This document shows, piece by piece, positions 42,808 through 57,293 of a DNA stretch of 64,000 bases. The stretch is taken from positions 259,036,001 to 259,100,000 of the forward strand of contig OZ024743.1 in assembly GCA_964016885.1 (NCBI GenBank), read 5' to 3'. The DNA is from Eledone cirrhosa. Its lineage: Eukaryota. The notes beneath the pieces are model-generated. The model saw only the letters and a program-made list of their open reading frames with translations, was not told where the DNA came from and ran no database searches. The position numbers and the translations under genes are program-made. Position 1 is the first letter of the stretch. Every line of letters begins with the position of its first letter.

Positions 42808-43282
42808 ATGGGTAATAGACTTAATTCATTACCAGGTGTACAACTATCAACTGACCATGGGTGGGAGACTTAATCCATCGCTAGGTGTACCACTATCAAC
42901 TGACCCTTGGGTGGGAGACTGAATCCATTGCCAGGTGTACCACTATCAACTGACCCTTGAGTGGGAGATTTAATCCATCGCCAGGTGTACCACTATCAAC
43001 TGACCCTTGGGTGGGAGACTTAATCCATCGCCAGGTGTACCACTGTCAACTGACCCTTGGGTGGGAGACTTAGTCCATTGCCAGGTGTACCACTAAGCCT
43101 CCCACCCAAGGGTCAGTTGACAGTGGTACACTTGGCGATGGATTAAGTCTCCCACCCAAGGGTCAGTTTATAGTGGTACACCTGGCGATGGATTAAGTCT
43201 CCCACCCAAGGGTCAGTTGATAGTGATACACCTGGCAATGGACTATCAACTGACCCTTGGGTGGGAGATTTAATCCATCGCC
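42808..43282. repeat. 50-bp minisatellite with an internal inverted block
   Basis: Unit GGTGGGAGACTTAATCCATCGCCAGGTGTACCACTATCAACTGACCCTTG at 42860, 42910, 42960, 43010, 43060; inverted units ~43095-43242; forward again 43243-43282. Confidence 0.92.
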
Positions 43283-44158
43283 TGCTTTATCACCACCACT
43301 TGGCCGTTATATCATACGATTATAATCCGTCGTCATGTTGACCATAGGGTGGTAGACTTAATTGGTTGTCTGGTTTAACATGCTCCCTAGTTCTCGTGTC
43401 CCTTTCGTAGAGTTCATTCTGTTGCAAGCATTCAGGCCAGATCTTTGGTTTGAGCAAACTTCTGCGTTCATCTTCCCTCCTTTCTAACAGTCTTGGAGGC
43501 ACTGAAAAGGGGTCATGTGCACTGCTCTTCCCTCCGTAACTAAACAGTGAAAAAAAAAAAAACAGAACAAAAAAAACGAACAAACAAAAAACAAACAAAC
43601 AAATACAGAGGCATAAAGTAGTACAAAGCACACATGCTCGTCAATCATATATGAGCATAAATACCAGGTACTGTGTGAACTAAGGGAATCTTTTCCTAGT
43701 ATTTACTGCAAACATTTAAAGGTTGCAAGAGTAAAACTTATAGTCTGTTGTATAAGGTTTTCGTGGATTCTCTGACTTCAAATCCTGCCGAGGTCGACTT
43801 TGCCTTTCATCCTTTCGAGGTTGATAAAAAATTACCAGTCCAGTACTGGGGTGGATTCTTCCTCTATATCTCCTTCTCATTTCCTCTCTCTCTTTCTATC
43901 TTTCTCTGGAAGAAATCTGCTGTACTCAGGCCTGGAGAAGGATGGCGTCCACCAGGTTTTAAATGGCCAAGAAACGTATGTCAATATGTCGCCCCTATGA
44001 CTCCCCCAGGAGTTACGGGACCATACATATATACATAGAGACATATGACTGACGCTGATATATTCATGCGTTCTTCAAATTTAATTTAATTTAATATTTG
44101 TTCTCTCGAAAACAACGGACTGAACTCTGTAAATTTTGTATTTTTTTTTATTGTACAG

Positions 44159-44231
44159 AATAGCATTCAGGGATTGTTAGGATCATGGAATGACAAGCCC
44201 TCAGATGATAAACCTCAAAATATCACTTACT
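44159..44231 (+). CDS. mesh/SUSD2-like gene, VWD C-terminal exon
   Basis: NSIQGLLGSWNDKPSDD matches VWD GLLGxWNxxxxDD; AG/GTAAGT; phase 0-1. Confidence 0.88.
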
Positions 44232-45615
44232 GTAAGTTCTATCTCTTTGTACCTTTTCTTCTTACTATATTTATTCATTTATTTTTATTGCATGTTAAAA
44301 AAACGGGTATTTAATTCAGTATATGTGCAAAAGCTGTAATGAATTGAGGAGAAAATGCTCCGCAGGATGTGTAATGCTTGCGTGCTTGAACATCATGTTA
44401 TTGACATGTTGAGTAAAGAAGTGCTAAGAGATCCGATTGGAAGGAAACAGTGGAAAAGGACAGCTGAGAAAGTCACGGGAAGTGGTGAAGACTTATCGCA
44501 GGGGGTTGAAGCCCACATAGATGACTATAAAGGACTGCAATAAGTGGTGGGGCTGATGAAGACTCGTCCGCGTCAAGCAAGCAAGGAAAACGGGCGCAAA
44601 ATGATGAAGTTAATAGAAATGATATTATTTAAATTTTAATAGTTAAATTGAAAAAAGACAGATGGAAATACACATTTTTAAGGGGTTCTTTTTCTGTCTG
44701 TTTTCCTTTTTTGTAGCTGTCTGTCTGCCTCTAGTTGTCTGTTTGTCAGTCTGTCTGTATACCCTAGCTGCTTACCTGCGTGTATATCTCCGTTTCTATC
44801 TGTCTCTAGCTCTCTTTCTGACTGTGTCTTTGTATGTTTCTGTCTGTCTATATGTATATCTGTTTGTTTGTCTATAAATATGCCTGCAATGGCGGCAAAT
44901 TGGCTGAGTCGTTAGAACGTGGGATAGTGCTTTGTGGTATTAGTTCCGACTCTCTGCCCTCTAAATTCCAATCCCACCAAGATCAACTTTGCCTTTCATC
45001 TATTGGAGGTCGAGAAAAAAATGTCAGTCTTGTACTGGGGTTGAGGCTTCCTCTATATTTATTTATCACTTCCCCTCTGTCACTTTCTATCCTTTTCTGG
45101 AAGAAATCAGGTGTATTTGTCCTGGAGATGGATGGGCTTCGCTAAGCCCAAGAAACGCCGTATGTCATTACGGCGTCCCTACGATTCTATCAGGAGTTAC
45201 TGGAACGTACTATATATCTGCCTGTATGCCTATCTGTTTGCATGTATATATGTATGTGTATCTGTCTATATGCATATACATCTGTCTGATTCTCTATATA
45301 TCTGTCTGTATGTATGCATAACTAATTGTCTGTGTATATATCTGCCTGCCTGTCTGTTTGAATGTATATATGTATATATCTGTCTATATATCTGTCTGTA
45401 TGTGTATATTTTGGTCAATCTATATATCTATCTATTTGTCTATGTATCTGTTTGTCTGTATGTATATCTATTTGTCTGTCTATATATCTGCCTATATGTC
45501 AGTGTGTCGATCTATATATCCCCCCACTCCTTTCTCTGCCAATATGTTTAGAAATATGGTCTACAACATTTCTCTTGCTGTTTCTGATGATTTTCTTTGT
45601 TATTGTATTTACCAG

Positions 45616-45852
45616 GGGCCGTACTGAACAGAAAAAAAAGCTTGTTTTTGCATTTCAGAAAAAGTGACACATCCTTTGTAGAAACTAGTGTGGAGAATAT
45701 AACTTCTCCTTCAGATATAGAAGAGGTATGTGGTAACGGACGTTTTAGTGACTTTTGCAAATATGATTATACTGTCACTGGAAACAGAAACATCTCAGAT
45801 ATAAGTCAGAATATTATAAGCGTATACGAACATCTTGTAAAAAGCCAAAAAA
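45616..45852 (+). CDS. mesh/SUSD2-like gene, post-VWD exon
   Basis: WAVLNRKKSLF...EEVCGNGRFSDFCKYDYTVTGN (C..CxYDYxxTG motif of mesh/SUSD2); 237 bp phase 1-1. Confidence 0.85.
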
Positions 45853-46148
45853 GTACGTATATTATATTTATTATTATTGTTAGAAATCTGGCAGAATCGT
45901 TGGAGCGTCGGACAAAATGATTTGCTGCATTTAGTTACTGCCCTTTACGTTCTGATTACAAATCCTGCCAATGTTCAACTTTGCCTTTAATCCCTCTGGT
46001 ATCTATAAAATGAAATACCAGTACTGTGTTCAATCTAACCTACTGTTCTCATTCCTCCGAAATTGTACCAAATTAGAAATCAATAGTTTTGCAAAACTAG
46101 ATGTGATTTAATAGATCTGCCGAGTTTAAAATGGATTAATTAAAAAGA

Positions 46149-46340
46149 TAATTGTTTCTACTTTTGGCACAAGGCCAGCAATTACCCCAGTGCATTACTG
46201 GTGCTTTATTTTATCGACCCTGTAAGGACGAAAGGCAAAGTTAACCTCGGCTTGATTTGAACTCAGAACGTAAAGAGCCGTAACTCTATGCTGCAAAGCA
46301 TGGTGTCCGACGCTCTACCGATACTGCCTATCCACCACCC
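46149..46340 (-). mobile_element. tRNA-derived SINE
   Basis: Same family as 7282/42016. Confidence 0.85.
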
Positions 46341-46964
46341 TTAAACCCCCCCCAAAAAAAAACTTGGTGCAGTTAGCCAAGTACTTTAGGTATCAGCCTG
46401 TTGCTTGAATATTGCTGATTCATATTACGACTTCAGCCATGGCAATAACGTTGATAAACAAGACTTTCATCCACTCCGTCCATTCCTGGTGATACTGTGT
46501 ATAATTGACACATGTTTCGTTAGCTTACATTATTGAATTCCATCTATTTCACATGGAAATTTTTTCATATCGTGAGATATAATAATTTAAAGATATTGAA
46601 ACTATATTTGGAACTGGGTTTGTAAAAATTAAAACAAGTATCACCTCTCAGATGACCCCCAAAACTGGACGGTAAACTTAATTCTTTGGTCATTTTAACA
46701 CCTGGCCATTGGTTGACTTTAGTAGTAACCATTCTGTTACAACCAATTGCATCAAGACACTAGTCTGAGAATAAATTCTTCCACGTAAATTCTGTGCCTT
46801 GAAAATGAGTAGCGGATGCTCCCTTTCTTTCCTATCACAACAAAAATAGTTATTCCCAGCGTAATAAAAATTGTTAGCTTTTGCTATAAATTTTACTTCC
46901 AAGTATGTTGGGGTTGTTGGTTCTTAGCAGTTGTAAATGTTTTTTTAATGATGAATTTTAACAG

Positions 46965-47156
46965 CAAACTCATGTGGCCATGTTGATGTGGACAATGCTA
47001 TCATTGATAACACCAACTACACAGTGGGGAATGTGGTGAAGATAACCGGATGTAAAAAGACTTATTTCCTGACGGGCCATACTACCTATAAATGTGTAGT
47101 AAAATCTCAGAATTCTCACCCTCAGTGGGAGCCAGAAGTTGATGCTAAATGTGTTC
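46965..47156 (+). CDS. mesh/SUSD2-like gene, Sushi/CCP exon
   Basis: SCG...YTVGNVVKITGCKKTYFLTGHTTYKC...QW...KC: four Cys plus Trp Sushi pattern; 192 bp phase 1-1; AG/GTAAGT. Confidence 0.9.
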
Positions 47157-49034
47157 GTAAGTATATTAACTGCCTTTATTCAATCTTGTATAAATTTGAT
47201 CTATTCATTTATATTTTAATTGTTTGATTCAAGGAAGAACATCGTCCATAATTTTGTAGGATTTCCCTGGTTGGGGAGGCCAATAAAGCTGAAGGATCTT
47301 TCAAGGAAAATATTGTTGTTTAGCTCCAGGTCAGCTCCGATAGAAAAGATCTATAATAAAAGCCATTCCAATTGAAATGATCAGCGTTGGCTTGAGACAT
47401 CCTCGTTGGCTTGAAGCTCCCTGGGAGCAAGAAATGAGACTCTACATAACATTGCAACACTACCGGAAGCATACACATTCATTATGCTTCTCTCTCATGG
47501 CAACATTTTCATTAATACATATATATTTATTAACATGACACCCTTCATGATGAGTTGTTGGAGAATTAATTAACGTTAGCCTAGAGCTTTGATTGTCAAC
47601 TTCAAAATCACCATAAAAGCATTTACACCATATGTGGCATGGCCATAATAGGTTGATGAAGATCAAGGGCTATGTCTACAAAGGCATTGTTCTCCTGTAG
47701 CCAGTGAATACTTTGACACTAAATGAAATTCTTGGTCTGGATTTTTGACATATTTCATGTCTTGACTATAAAGAATTTCTGAACTTTCCTGGTTTATAAA
47801 GGTTACGAACAACACCATCTTCATTCAGTGCAAGTTGAGCAGGGATAGAAAACCTCTTATCAAAGTCGAAATTTAATAAATCGACCACATAGTGTATATG
47901 AAGAAAGCCAGAATATCAATTCTGTATGTACGGTTTGTATCCTATCAAGAAATGCTAATACTTAAAAATCACAACCTTTCCTTTATTAGCTCAGTTTACT
48001 TAGATGTACAGTTCACATAATATTCATACAGTGTATGAATATTCTGATAGAGTTGTAGGGGCACCTACGGACTTACAGCGTTACTTGAGCATTTTTAAAA
48101 TCTAGCAAAGACCATCTTCTCTCCAGATCTGAATATAGCCGATTTATTCCAGAGAGAGAGAGAGAGAGTGTGAGAGAGAGAGGGAGGAATTGATCCGAAT
48201 ACTGGATTGATACTTTTTTTTATCGATGATGAAGGGATGAAAGATAAAGTTGACCTCAGCGGGAATTGAACTCAGAGTACAGAGAGCCCGGACCGAATAC
48301 CACAAATCATTCAATGTGACATTCTAATAATTCTGCCAATTCGCTGTCAATATTCGTTCAATAGCAGTCAATTAAAAACGGTTGACCCCTTTTCTCTGGA
48401 TTAGAAAATACTTAAGTTGCATATAGTTGTTAGACCTGTACAAAATAGGAACAATACGCTACTTCCCAAAATATTGTAACGATTGCAGATAAGGACGAGT
48501 GCATGTGCAATGGGTATAGGATATCCCAGGAAATATAACTGATTCAATAAACAGGTCTACAGATATTAGCATTTTAAACTTTGTCTACTCTTAAACACTG
48601 TCATATCTAGCATATCTAGGGATTTACAACCACTACTATAACACCTTATGCTCCTCTAAACTGATTTCGCGGATTGTTTCATTAAAACCTCCTTCAATTC
48701 CCTTTTCTGCCTTAAAACTCGATGTGTTTTAACACTTTTCAAACCATACATTTTGTCAAACCCTCTTCCCTAGATCTGCTTGCTTTTTGAGAATACTTCC
48801 TCTTTAACTACTAGTCTGCCACGGAGCCAACTTAACTGATTTATTCCTATGGTCTTCAAATCAATAAAACATTAGTGGGCATTGTATCTCATCTTTGGTT
48901 AATCAGAGAAAAAAATCTTAGCATAAATTGTACTAATATATAAGTTATTAAATTATTCACAACACAAATTTGATATGACTATGTAAAATAATTTCATTTT
49001 GACCCCACTCTTATTGTTTTCTTTCTTTTTTCAG

Positions 49035-49161
49035 ATCGAGAAAAAGTAATAGCTCATATGGCATTAATAATAGGTGTTGTTGTTGGTGTTGTGGTATTAA
49101 TAGCTTTGATAATTGGAATTGTCTGTTATGTCAAGAAGAAATCTTCAAAGAAAGACAAGCC
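49035..49161 (+). CDS. mesh/SUSD2-like gene, transmembrane exon
   Basis: ALIIGVVVGVVVLIALIIGIVCYV followed by KKKSSKK stop-transfer; AG/GTAAGT; phase 1-2. Confidence 0.9.
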
Positions 49162-49708
49162 GTAAGTCAATATATTGTTTGGAATATTTAATATTACATC
49201 GTATGTTTCCTTTAACACTGAAAATACTCAATTATTTTGAAAATATGACGTCAATCTCCCTGGAAAAACATGAACTGAGTGGATTTATATCTTATCAATG
49301 CAGAATTGAGTAGGATATTCCTTGAAGAACATTGTTATTAACGTCAGCGATTTTCTTATTGTAATTCCAATAATTTAAACATTGTCCTTGACTCAAAACC
49401 AAAACACTTGTAGTCAAAACTGATTCATTTAGTAATATTTTATCTATGTTAATTACGTATCAATCCATAGAGATTATTACCTAAATCATACCGGAATATA
49501 TTTCTAGATTAGCACAAATAAAATTTCGGAATTAAAACAATACTTAATGCTCTTTCAAAATTTACTACTCAAAGTTCTCAGGATTGGAGAGAACTAGAAT
49601 TTTTTTACAAAATATATATTTTTTTAATGAAAGGTAGCCACAATGCAAAAGAACTACAAATAATGTTCAAATGCCATTGGAGAGGGAAAACGTGGACAGA
49701 ACCATCTA

Positions 49709-49812
49709 CGGGCATCGAACTAGGCGCCTGTTATATAACGCGCGGGGATCGAACTAAGCGCCTGTTGTATAACGCACGGGGATCTAACTAGGCGCCTGTT
49801 GTATAACGCACG
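49709..49812 (-). repeat. three tandem 34-bp units with a tRNA T-loop/B-box-like motif
   Basis: Unit GGGGATCGAACTAGGCGCCTGTTGTATAACGCAC; reverse strand reads GTTCGATCCCC. Confidence 0.75.
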
Positions 49813-51107
49813 CAATTTTAGAAGTTTTAACTATTCAAACTAGAAATATAAACGTTGGTTTGTTTTTAAAACAGTGGGGGAATTAAAAAATATATTTGCA
49901 AAGATGTTTCATATTTTCTCAATGCTACAAAAATGCTTATAATTCTACTTTTTGTAGTGTTGATTCATCCAAGAAAAAATATATACTGTTCATATTCTAT
50001 ACATTATATATTCTTCACGTTTTATTTCAAATTATCGTTTATGTGGTGATATGATAATATTTATCATAATTACAGCGTGGAAGAATCATTTTAGTCTTTA
50101 AAAACATTCAAAACCTGTTAACTTTACTTTATATTTATCACTTATTACTTGCTGTTTCCGTCGCATTATCTGCGACTGTCTCACTGCAGTCAAGAAATGA
50201 ATATAAAGTAACAGTTTTAGTGTGTTTTTAAATGATTAAAATGACTCTTCCACGCAGTTTGTTGTTAGTTTTAATACAGAGTCTCTGATCAAGTCACTTT
50301 CCAAACATGTACAACTCGTATGTTTTGCTGCTGTGGTAACTGTTGTTTTGCTTTAGGTTAAACATAATTAAACACATTTGTGATCAAAGATGTTCCAGTC
50401 GTGACCTTTCTGTTCTCTCCTCAAGCTCTACTGAGTATCGATGATTATATTATCTAATGTTTATTTCCTTCTAACGCTTTAAAGAAAATGAAGAACGTTT
50501 GGCTGATATTTCTTGCAAGTCAAGCACAACATAAAGGCATCTTTCATAGTAATTGTCTTTGTGGAAAGAGGGTGGTGTAGATGAGCATATACGAGCACGA
50601 AAGTATACAAGTAGGTGGCAAATTGGCAGAGTCGCTAGAATGTCGGATAGAATGATTTGCAGTATTCGTTCTGCTTCTCAAATCGTACCGATGTCAAATT
50701 TACCTTTCATCCTTTCATGATAAAAAAAGTACCATTCCAGTACTGGAATCGATTCTTCCTCTATATCTTTTTCTCACTTCCACTTTCCTTATTCTTGAAG
50801 AAATTGGCCACATTCAGACCTGAAGAGTGTATGGGTTCCGCCAGGTTTAAAAAGATGCCCTCCAAAATGCTGTATGCCACTACATCGCCTGTACGACTCT
50901 ACTAGGAGTTACCAGTACATACATACATACATATATATGCATTTGTATACACACATATGAGTATGTATACGTGTGTGAAGGCGCGTGATTTAGAGGTTAG
51001 TGTGTTCGGCACAGGATCGTAAGCTTGTGAATTCAATTTGCGACGCCGCGCTGTACTCATGAGCAAGACATTTAATTTACATTGCTCCAGTTCACACAGC
51101 TAGAAAA

Positions 51108-51295
51108 ATAATTGTTTCTACTTTTGGCACAAGGCCAACAATTACCCAGTGCATTACTGGTACTTTATTTTATCGACCCCGTAAGGATAAAAGGCAAAGT
51201 CAACCTCGGCGGGATTTGAACTCAGATCGTTAAGGGACGTAACTATCCTGGAAATCATGGCGTCCGACCCTCTACCGATACTGCCAATCCACCGT
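51108..51295 (-). mobile_element. tRNA-derived SINE abutting a second SINE type (50975-51100, +)
   Basis: Same core as 7282; the adjacent element begins GTGAAGGCGCGTG.. Confidence 0.8.
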
Positions 51296-51528
51296 TGTAT
51301 CCTTAATTTAAAAAGCCAGCCTTGTCACGCTGAATTTCCAAGAGAACTACAGGCTGTTCCATTGATCGAATCAACTGGAACATTCGTCATGGGATATGAC
51401 AGAAGGCCAAATACATGTATATGTGTGCCTGAGTGTTTATATGTATGTATATATGGATCTACGCATAGTATCTTTGCTTATTTTCCTCTTTGAATTTTTA
51501 CAATATAATATACTGTCTTTATTTTCAG

Positions 51529-51625
51529 ACAAACAATACAAGAAAAAAAGGAAGTAGAAAGAATGGTCCCACAAGAAGAGGAACGAGTGGAAATAAGTGG
51601 AACAAAATGCCAATATTCAAAGTAA
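51529..51625 (+). CDS. mesh/SUSD2-like gene, terminal coding exon (short cytoplasmic tail)
   Basis: attttcag acceptor, phase-2 entry fits; QTIQEKKEVERMVPQEEERVEISGTKCQYSK* with TAA at 51623-51625. Confidence 0.78.
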
Positions 51626-51639
51626 TACAAATGCACTAA

Positions 51640-52625
<986 letters not shown>

Positions 52626-52659
52626 TATATATATGTGTGTGTGTGTGTATGCATATATT

Positions 52660-52706
<47 letters not shown>

Positions 52707-52854
52707 ATGCATATATTTATATGTGTATATATATATATACATATATATATACATGAATATATATATAAATACATATGTATATATATACTACATATATATG
52801 TAGTATATACATGCATGAATATATATATATAAATACATATATATATACTACATA

Positions 52855-52909
<55 letters not shown>

Positions 52910-52948
52910 GCATATATGAATGTATATACATGCATATATGTATGTATA

Positions 52949-52986
<38 letters not shown>

Positions 52987-52991
52987 TATAG

Positions 52992-53022
<31 letters not shown>

Positions 53023-53302
53023 GATATATATATATACGTGCATATATATATATATATATACACGTGCATATATATATATATATACGTGCATATATATATA
53101 TATATATACGTGCATATATATATATATACATATATATATATACATACACACATATAGGTGTTTGTGTGTGTACATATGTACGTATATATATATATATATA
53201 TATATGCGTGTATATGCACACATATACATATGTGTGTTTACCTATGAAAGAATGTGCTTGTGTGTATACGTATATATATATATATTATATATATATATAT
53301 AT

Positions 53303-53334
<32 letters not shown>

Positions 53335-53636
53335 ATAATGTGAAAGGAATGAGTACACCCGATGTAAAGAGGTAAGCCCCCGTTACATTAATTGCTCAAC
53401 ATAGTACCGAAGTAAACTGTAAAACATTTTTAGGTTAAAAATACGTTTGAGTTTTGGAAATACATTAAAGCAAGGAATTCGAGACATAATATTTTAGATA
53501 GAATGAGAAATTAGAAGAATGGTGCCAAACAACTAGTGTAGGAACCAGGAGTAAATATTTGAAAAAGAAACGAAGAAAAAGAGACAAACTTTGTCAAAAT
53601 AGGGGTTCTGTGTGTATGTGTGTTGTGTGTGTGTGC

Positions 53637-53705
<69 letters not shown>

Positions 53706-54829
53706 CGTGTACGCAGCATGACCAAATGATTAAAAAGTTTGCTTTGCAATCAGAAGATACTGAGTTTGATACTATGTCTTGAGCAAGTGTTATTTGCAAT
53801 AGCCTTAGATTCATCCCAAACCTTTGTGACTGTAATTTGGTAGACGGAAACTGTGTAGAAGCCCGTCGAATGAACTGCACCTGTAATTCATAAGGCCACT
53901 CTTGTGACATACTGTGTCACGCTGAATCTACGTTAATGGTGCACGTGTTTCTTGAATGATCATCAACTTCAAGAGAAGGCTGTTCGAGTGATTGAATAAC
54001 TGGAAGACTTATTGTCGAAATCGACGGAAGTGTGTGTGTGTGTGTGTAAGAGTGCGCGTGCTTCAGATATTGTGAGAAAGAGAGAAGAGAAAGGTATTTT
54101 TTAGAAGTAAATAAAAATAAAAATTAAATTGCATTATTATATTTTTTTAGCTTTGCCTTTCATCATTACGGGGTCGATAAAATAAAGTACCAGTAACACA
54201 ATGATTTCAATTTAATCGACTTTCTCCCCTCCACCAGAATTGCTGGCCTTGTGCTTAAATCAGAAGCCACTTTTATAATTTTTTAAATCTAGATTCGAAA
54301 CCCGTCACGCAGGAACAGACCCATCTACACCACCCAATTTTGTTATATTAGTTCATCATTATTTCGGTGGTTTTATTTCTATTGCGTACGTCCACTACAC
54401 GGATGCACGCTGCTCTGTATGCTTTGGATACATACAGTGTTCTTTGTTTTTTTCGTATTGCATTGAAAGAACTCTACGTAATATGTAAGCCCTTACAGTG
54501 TAGTTGTATTTTATGAATGTTGTATATATGGTTTTATTTGTTTACTCTTCCACTGGTTTCAGTCGTTAAACTACGGTCATGCTAGGGCACCGCCTTGATT
54601 AGTCGATTATATTGACCTCAGCTCTTATTTTTTCATATCCGGTACTGATTTTATCGATCTCGTTTTTATCAGGCAGTTAAATTATAAGACACAAACACAG
54701 ATACGCAAACACAAACGTAAATACGCACACACACACGCATATATATATATATATCTACAGGAACGATCGACCGAGGGAACAATGTTTCCGTTGGTGTTTC
54801 AAATTGTTAATACTATCTATCGGTCGCAA

Positions 54830-54963
54830 CTCCAGGTAGAAGGAGCAACGTGAAATAAAGTGTCTTGCTCAAGGACATAACGCATCGCCTGGTCCAGGAA
54901 TCGAACTCACAACCTTACGATTGCGAATCCAATTCCCTAACCACTCAGCCACACGCCTTCACT
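54830..54963 (-). mobile_element. tRNA-derived SINE (second family)
   Basis: Minus strand GTGAAGGCGTGTGGCTGAGTGGTTAGG...GAGTTCGATTCC...CCTTGAGCAAGACACTT. Confidence 0.8.
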
Positions 54964-55248
54964 ATATATATATAACACCAAATTATGCTCTAGATAAAGT
55001 CTATTGAGTTTACTTATTGAGAAACACAAAATTCTAAACATATTTGATGTTTTGATTCACCTTACACCCCCCCCCCCCCACACACATATATATATCCGGC
55101 GGGCTTCTACAGTTTCCGACAATCAAATTCCACTCACATAGCATTTATCAACCGTAGGCTATAGGTGTTGCACAGCAGGACTGAACTGTTTTCGGTGCCG
55201 AAATGTTAAGCATTTTGCCTGCCTTAGAAATCACAATTACTTTTGTTT

Positions 55249-55790
55249 ATTGGCAGTATCGGTAGAGGGCCGGACGCCATTCTTTGACGCATAGAGTTAC
55301 GACCCTTTCTATTCTGAGTTCAAATACCGCCGAGGTTAACTTTGCCTTTCATCCTTACGGGATCGATAAAATAAAGTACCAGTTATGCACTGGGTATTTG
55401 CTGGTCTTGTGCCAAAAGTAGAAACAATTATTTTTGTTTGTGAAGTGACAGAAATAGTAGCAACACTATACTAAATTAACAGAAAACCTCACCAAAGTTA
55501 GCTTTGCCTTTCATCCTTATAGGTCAATTTTTCGACTTTCCCCTTCCCTTCAAATTGCTGACATTGTGCCAAAATTAGAAACATTTATTATTTCTGGTAT
55601 TTAGAGCGGTGGATTGGCAGTATCGGTAAGGGGTCCGACAAAATACTTTGTAGTATTTAGTTATGGCAGTTTACGTTCTGAATTCAAATTCTACTGAAGT
55701 CATTTTTGCTTTTCACCTTCCGCGATCGATAAAATAAAGTACCTGCCTAGCACTGGGGTAGATATAATCGATTCACCACCCACCACATCA
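55249..55790 (+). mobile_element. cluster of SINE copies of the 7282 family
   Basis: Repeated TTTGCCTTTCATCC..GATCGATAAAATAAAGTACC cores. Confidence 0.8.
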
Positions 55791-56086
55791 AAATGCTGTA
55801 CCAACTGTAGACATCATTACTGTGCCTAACACCGTTGAATTATTTTTATTTCCCTTTTTTCAACAAATTTAAGTGATAACATCACGGATTTATTAAACCA
55901 GCCGGTGTTTTATTTTTAAATTAATTTTATGACTATTTTGATGTTTTTAGATTGCTTATTTTACTAATAAAACCATTTTGAATCTATTCTTGAGCCTTCC
56001 ATTCATCAATACATACACCCATCCATCCATTCATACCGCTATCAATAAGCAAAAAGAAGCCAATCGGCAGAACAGATCATGAAAAA

Positions 56087-56250
56087 TATTTCCCGGCGCC
56101 GAAGACGCTCCATCCTCGAGGACGCACCCTAATTTTGACATCCAAAAATTTGAAAAAAATAATAAACAACCTTTGGCCTCCAGGACGCATGGGAGATTTT
56201 TTAGACTTATTTTAGGAAAAAAGTAGCGTCTTCGACGCCAGGAAATACGG
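56087..56250. mobile_element. pogo/Tc2-type MITE
   Basis: TIR TATTTCCCGGCGCCGAAGACGCT / AGCGTCTTCGACGCCAGGAAATACGG-TA. Confidence 0.7.
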
Positions 56251-56441
56251 TACATATTTCCATTAATCTCTTTGTTAACAATATCAGCCGGTCGCAACTC
56301 CTGGCTGAAGGAGTAACGTGAAATAAAGAATCTTGCTTAAAAATACAACAAACCACTCGATCCAGGAAGTGCATCTCCGACTTTATAATATTTAGTCCAA
56401 CACCATAACCAGCAGGCCACGTCCCTAAACAAATCAATATT

Positions 56442-56806
56442 TAGAATTAGGATTTAGCTTCAGGCATAGCTGTATACAGATATGTATTGGAATTTCGTAT
56501 TTCTATAGAAATACGGTATGTTTACAGGTAAACATTTAGAAAGCCGTAGCTATGCAAAACACCGGGGCTAATGCCCTCTGGTGGTGTCCAGCAGAAGCAA
56601 GGGGGACAATCGTCGATGCATTTCGAATCTAACTAGTTCTCATCAGAACGATCCCTCCCATACTTGCGACTGCTGGACTTGAAAACAGGCGAGAATATAT
56701 GGTTTTCTCGTCTATGTAAATGAGGTGATTAATCTCATTTGTATATAAAGCTGCTTAAGTTGGCTCAACTTATTATAGAATAGAATTAAGATTTAGCTTC
56801 ATGCAT
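56442..56806 (-). mobile_element. 339-bp HHR-containing monomer with direct terminal repeats: candidate retrozyme
   Basis: TAGAATTAgGATTTAGCTTCAgGCAT (56442) repeated at 56781; central HHR; hairpin order shared with the 467-bp unit. Confidence 0.78.
56609..56652 (-). ncRNA. type I minimal hammerhead ribozyme, AUC cleavage triplet
   Basis: ATCGTT-CTGATGA-GAA ctagttaga TTC-GAA-ATGCAT-C-GACGAT; enclosed by TCCAGCAG..GCAAG / CTTGC..CTGCTGGA. Confidence 0.85.
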
Positions 56807-57247
56807 CGAACGTTGTAGATCAGAAGTTAAGCAAGCTAATTATGGGATGTGGTTTCAATCTCTACTTAAAAATTTCATTTGGTCTCTGATTCTTACATGG
56901 GTTAAAGGCTATGTTGTGGTATTAGTAACTGGAAAATTCCCATCGACGAGCATGCACTGACTTTCAATCAACAATATTTAATTCATAAAGCTTTCTTAGA
57001 ATCTAGGCTTTATAGTTCAAACAGCCGCGAAGCAATGTGACCGATGGTGTAGGACAGAACAAAGGAGAGACACAAAATAAGAAACCAGTCACTGAGAAGT
57101 CATAGAATATGTGACGAAAGAGCTTTGACAATATATAAACAACTACCCGGTTATTGAACCAACCAACCGGAAATTTATAATAATAAATTGAAGTGAAAAC
57201 CAACAGGTGTATATGTTTTTATTGGCAGCATGACCGGCCCAAAGTAT

Positions 57248-57288
<41 letters not shown>

Positions 57289-57293
<5 letters not shown>

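Noticed and set aside
42808-43282. CRISPR-like array
   Set aside because: Units are contiguous with no unique spacers, no cas genes, eukaryotic intron
54880-54963. Functional tRNA gene
   Set aside because: The tRNA-like head continues into a SINE body found elsewhere in the window; no complete acceptor stem
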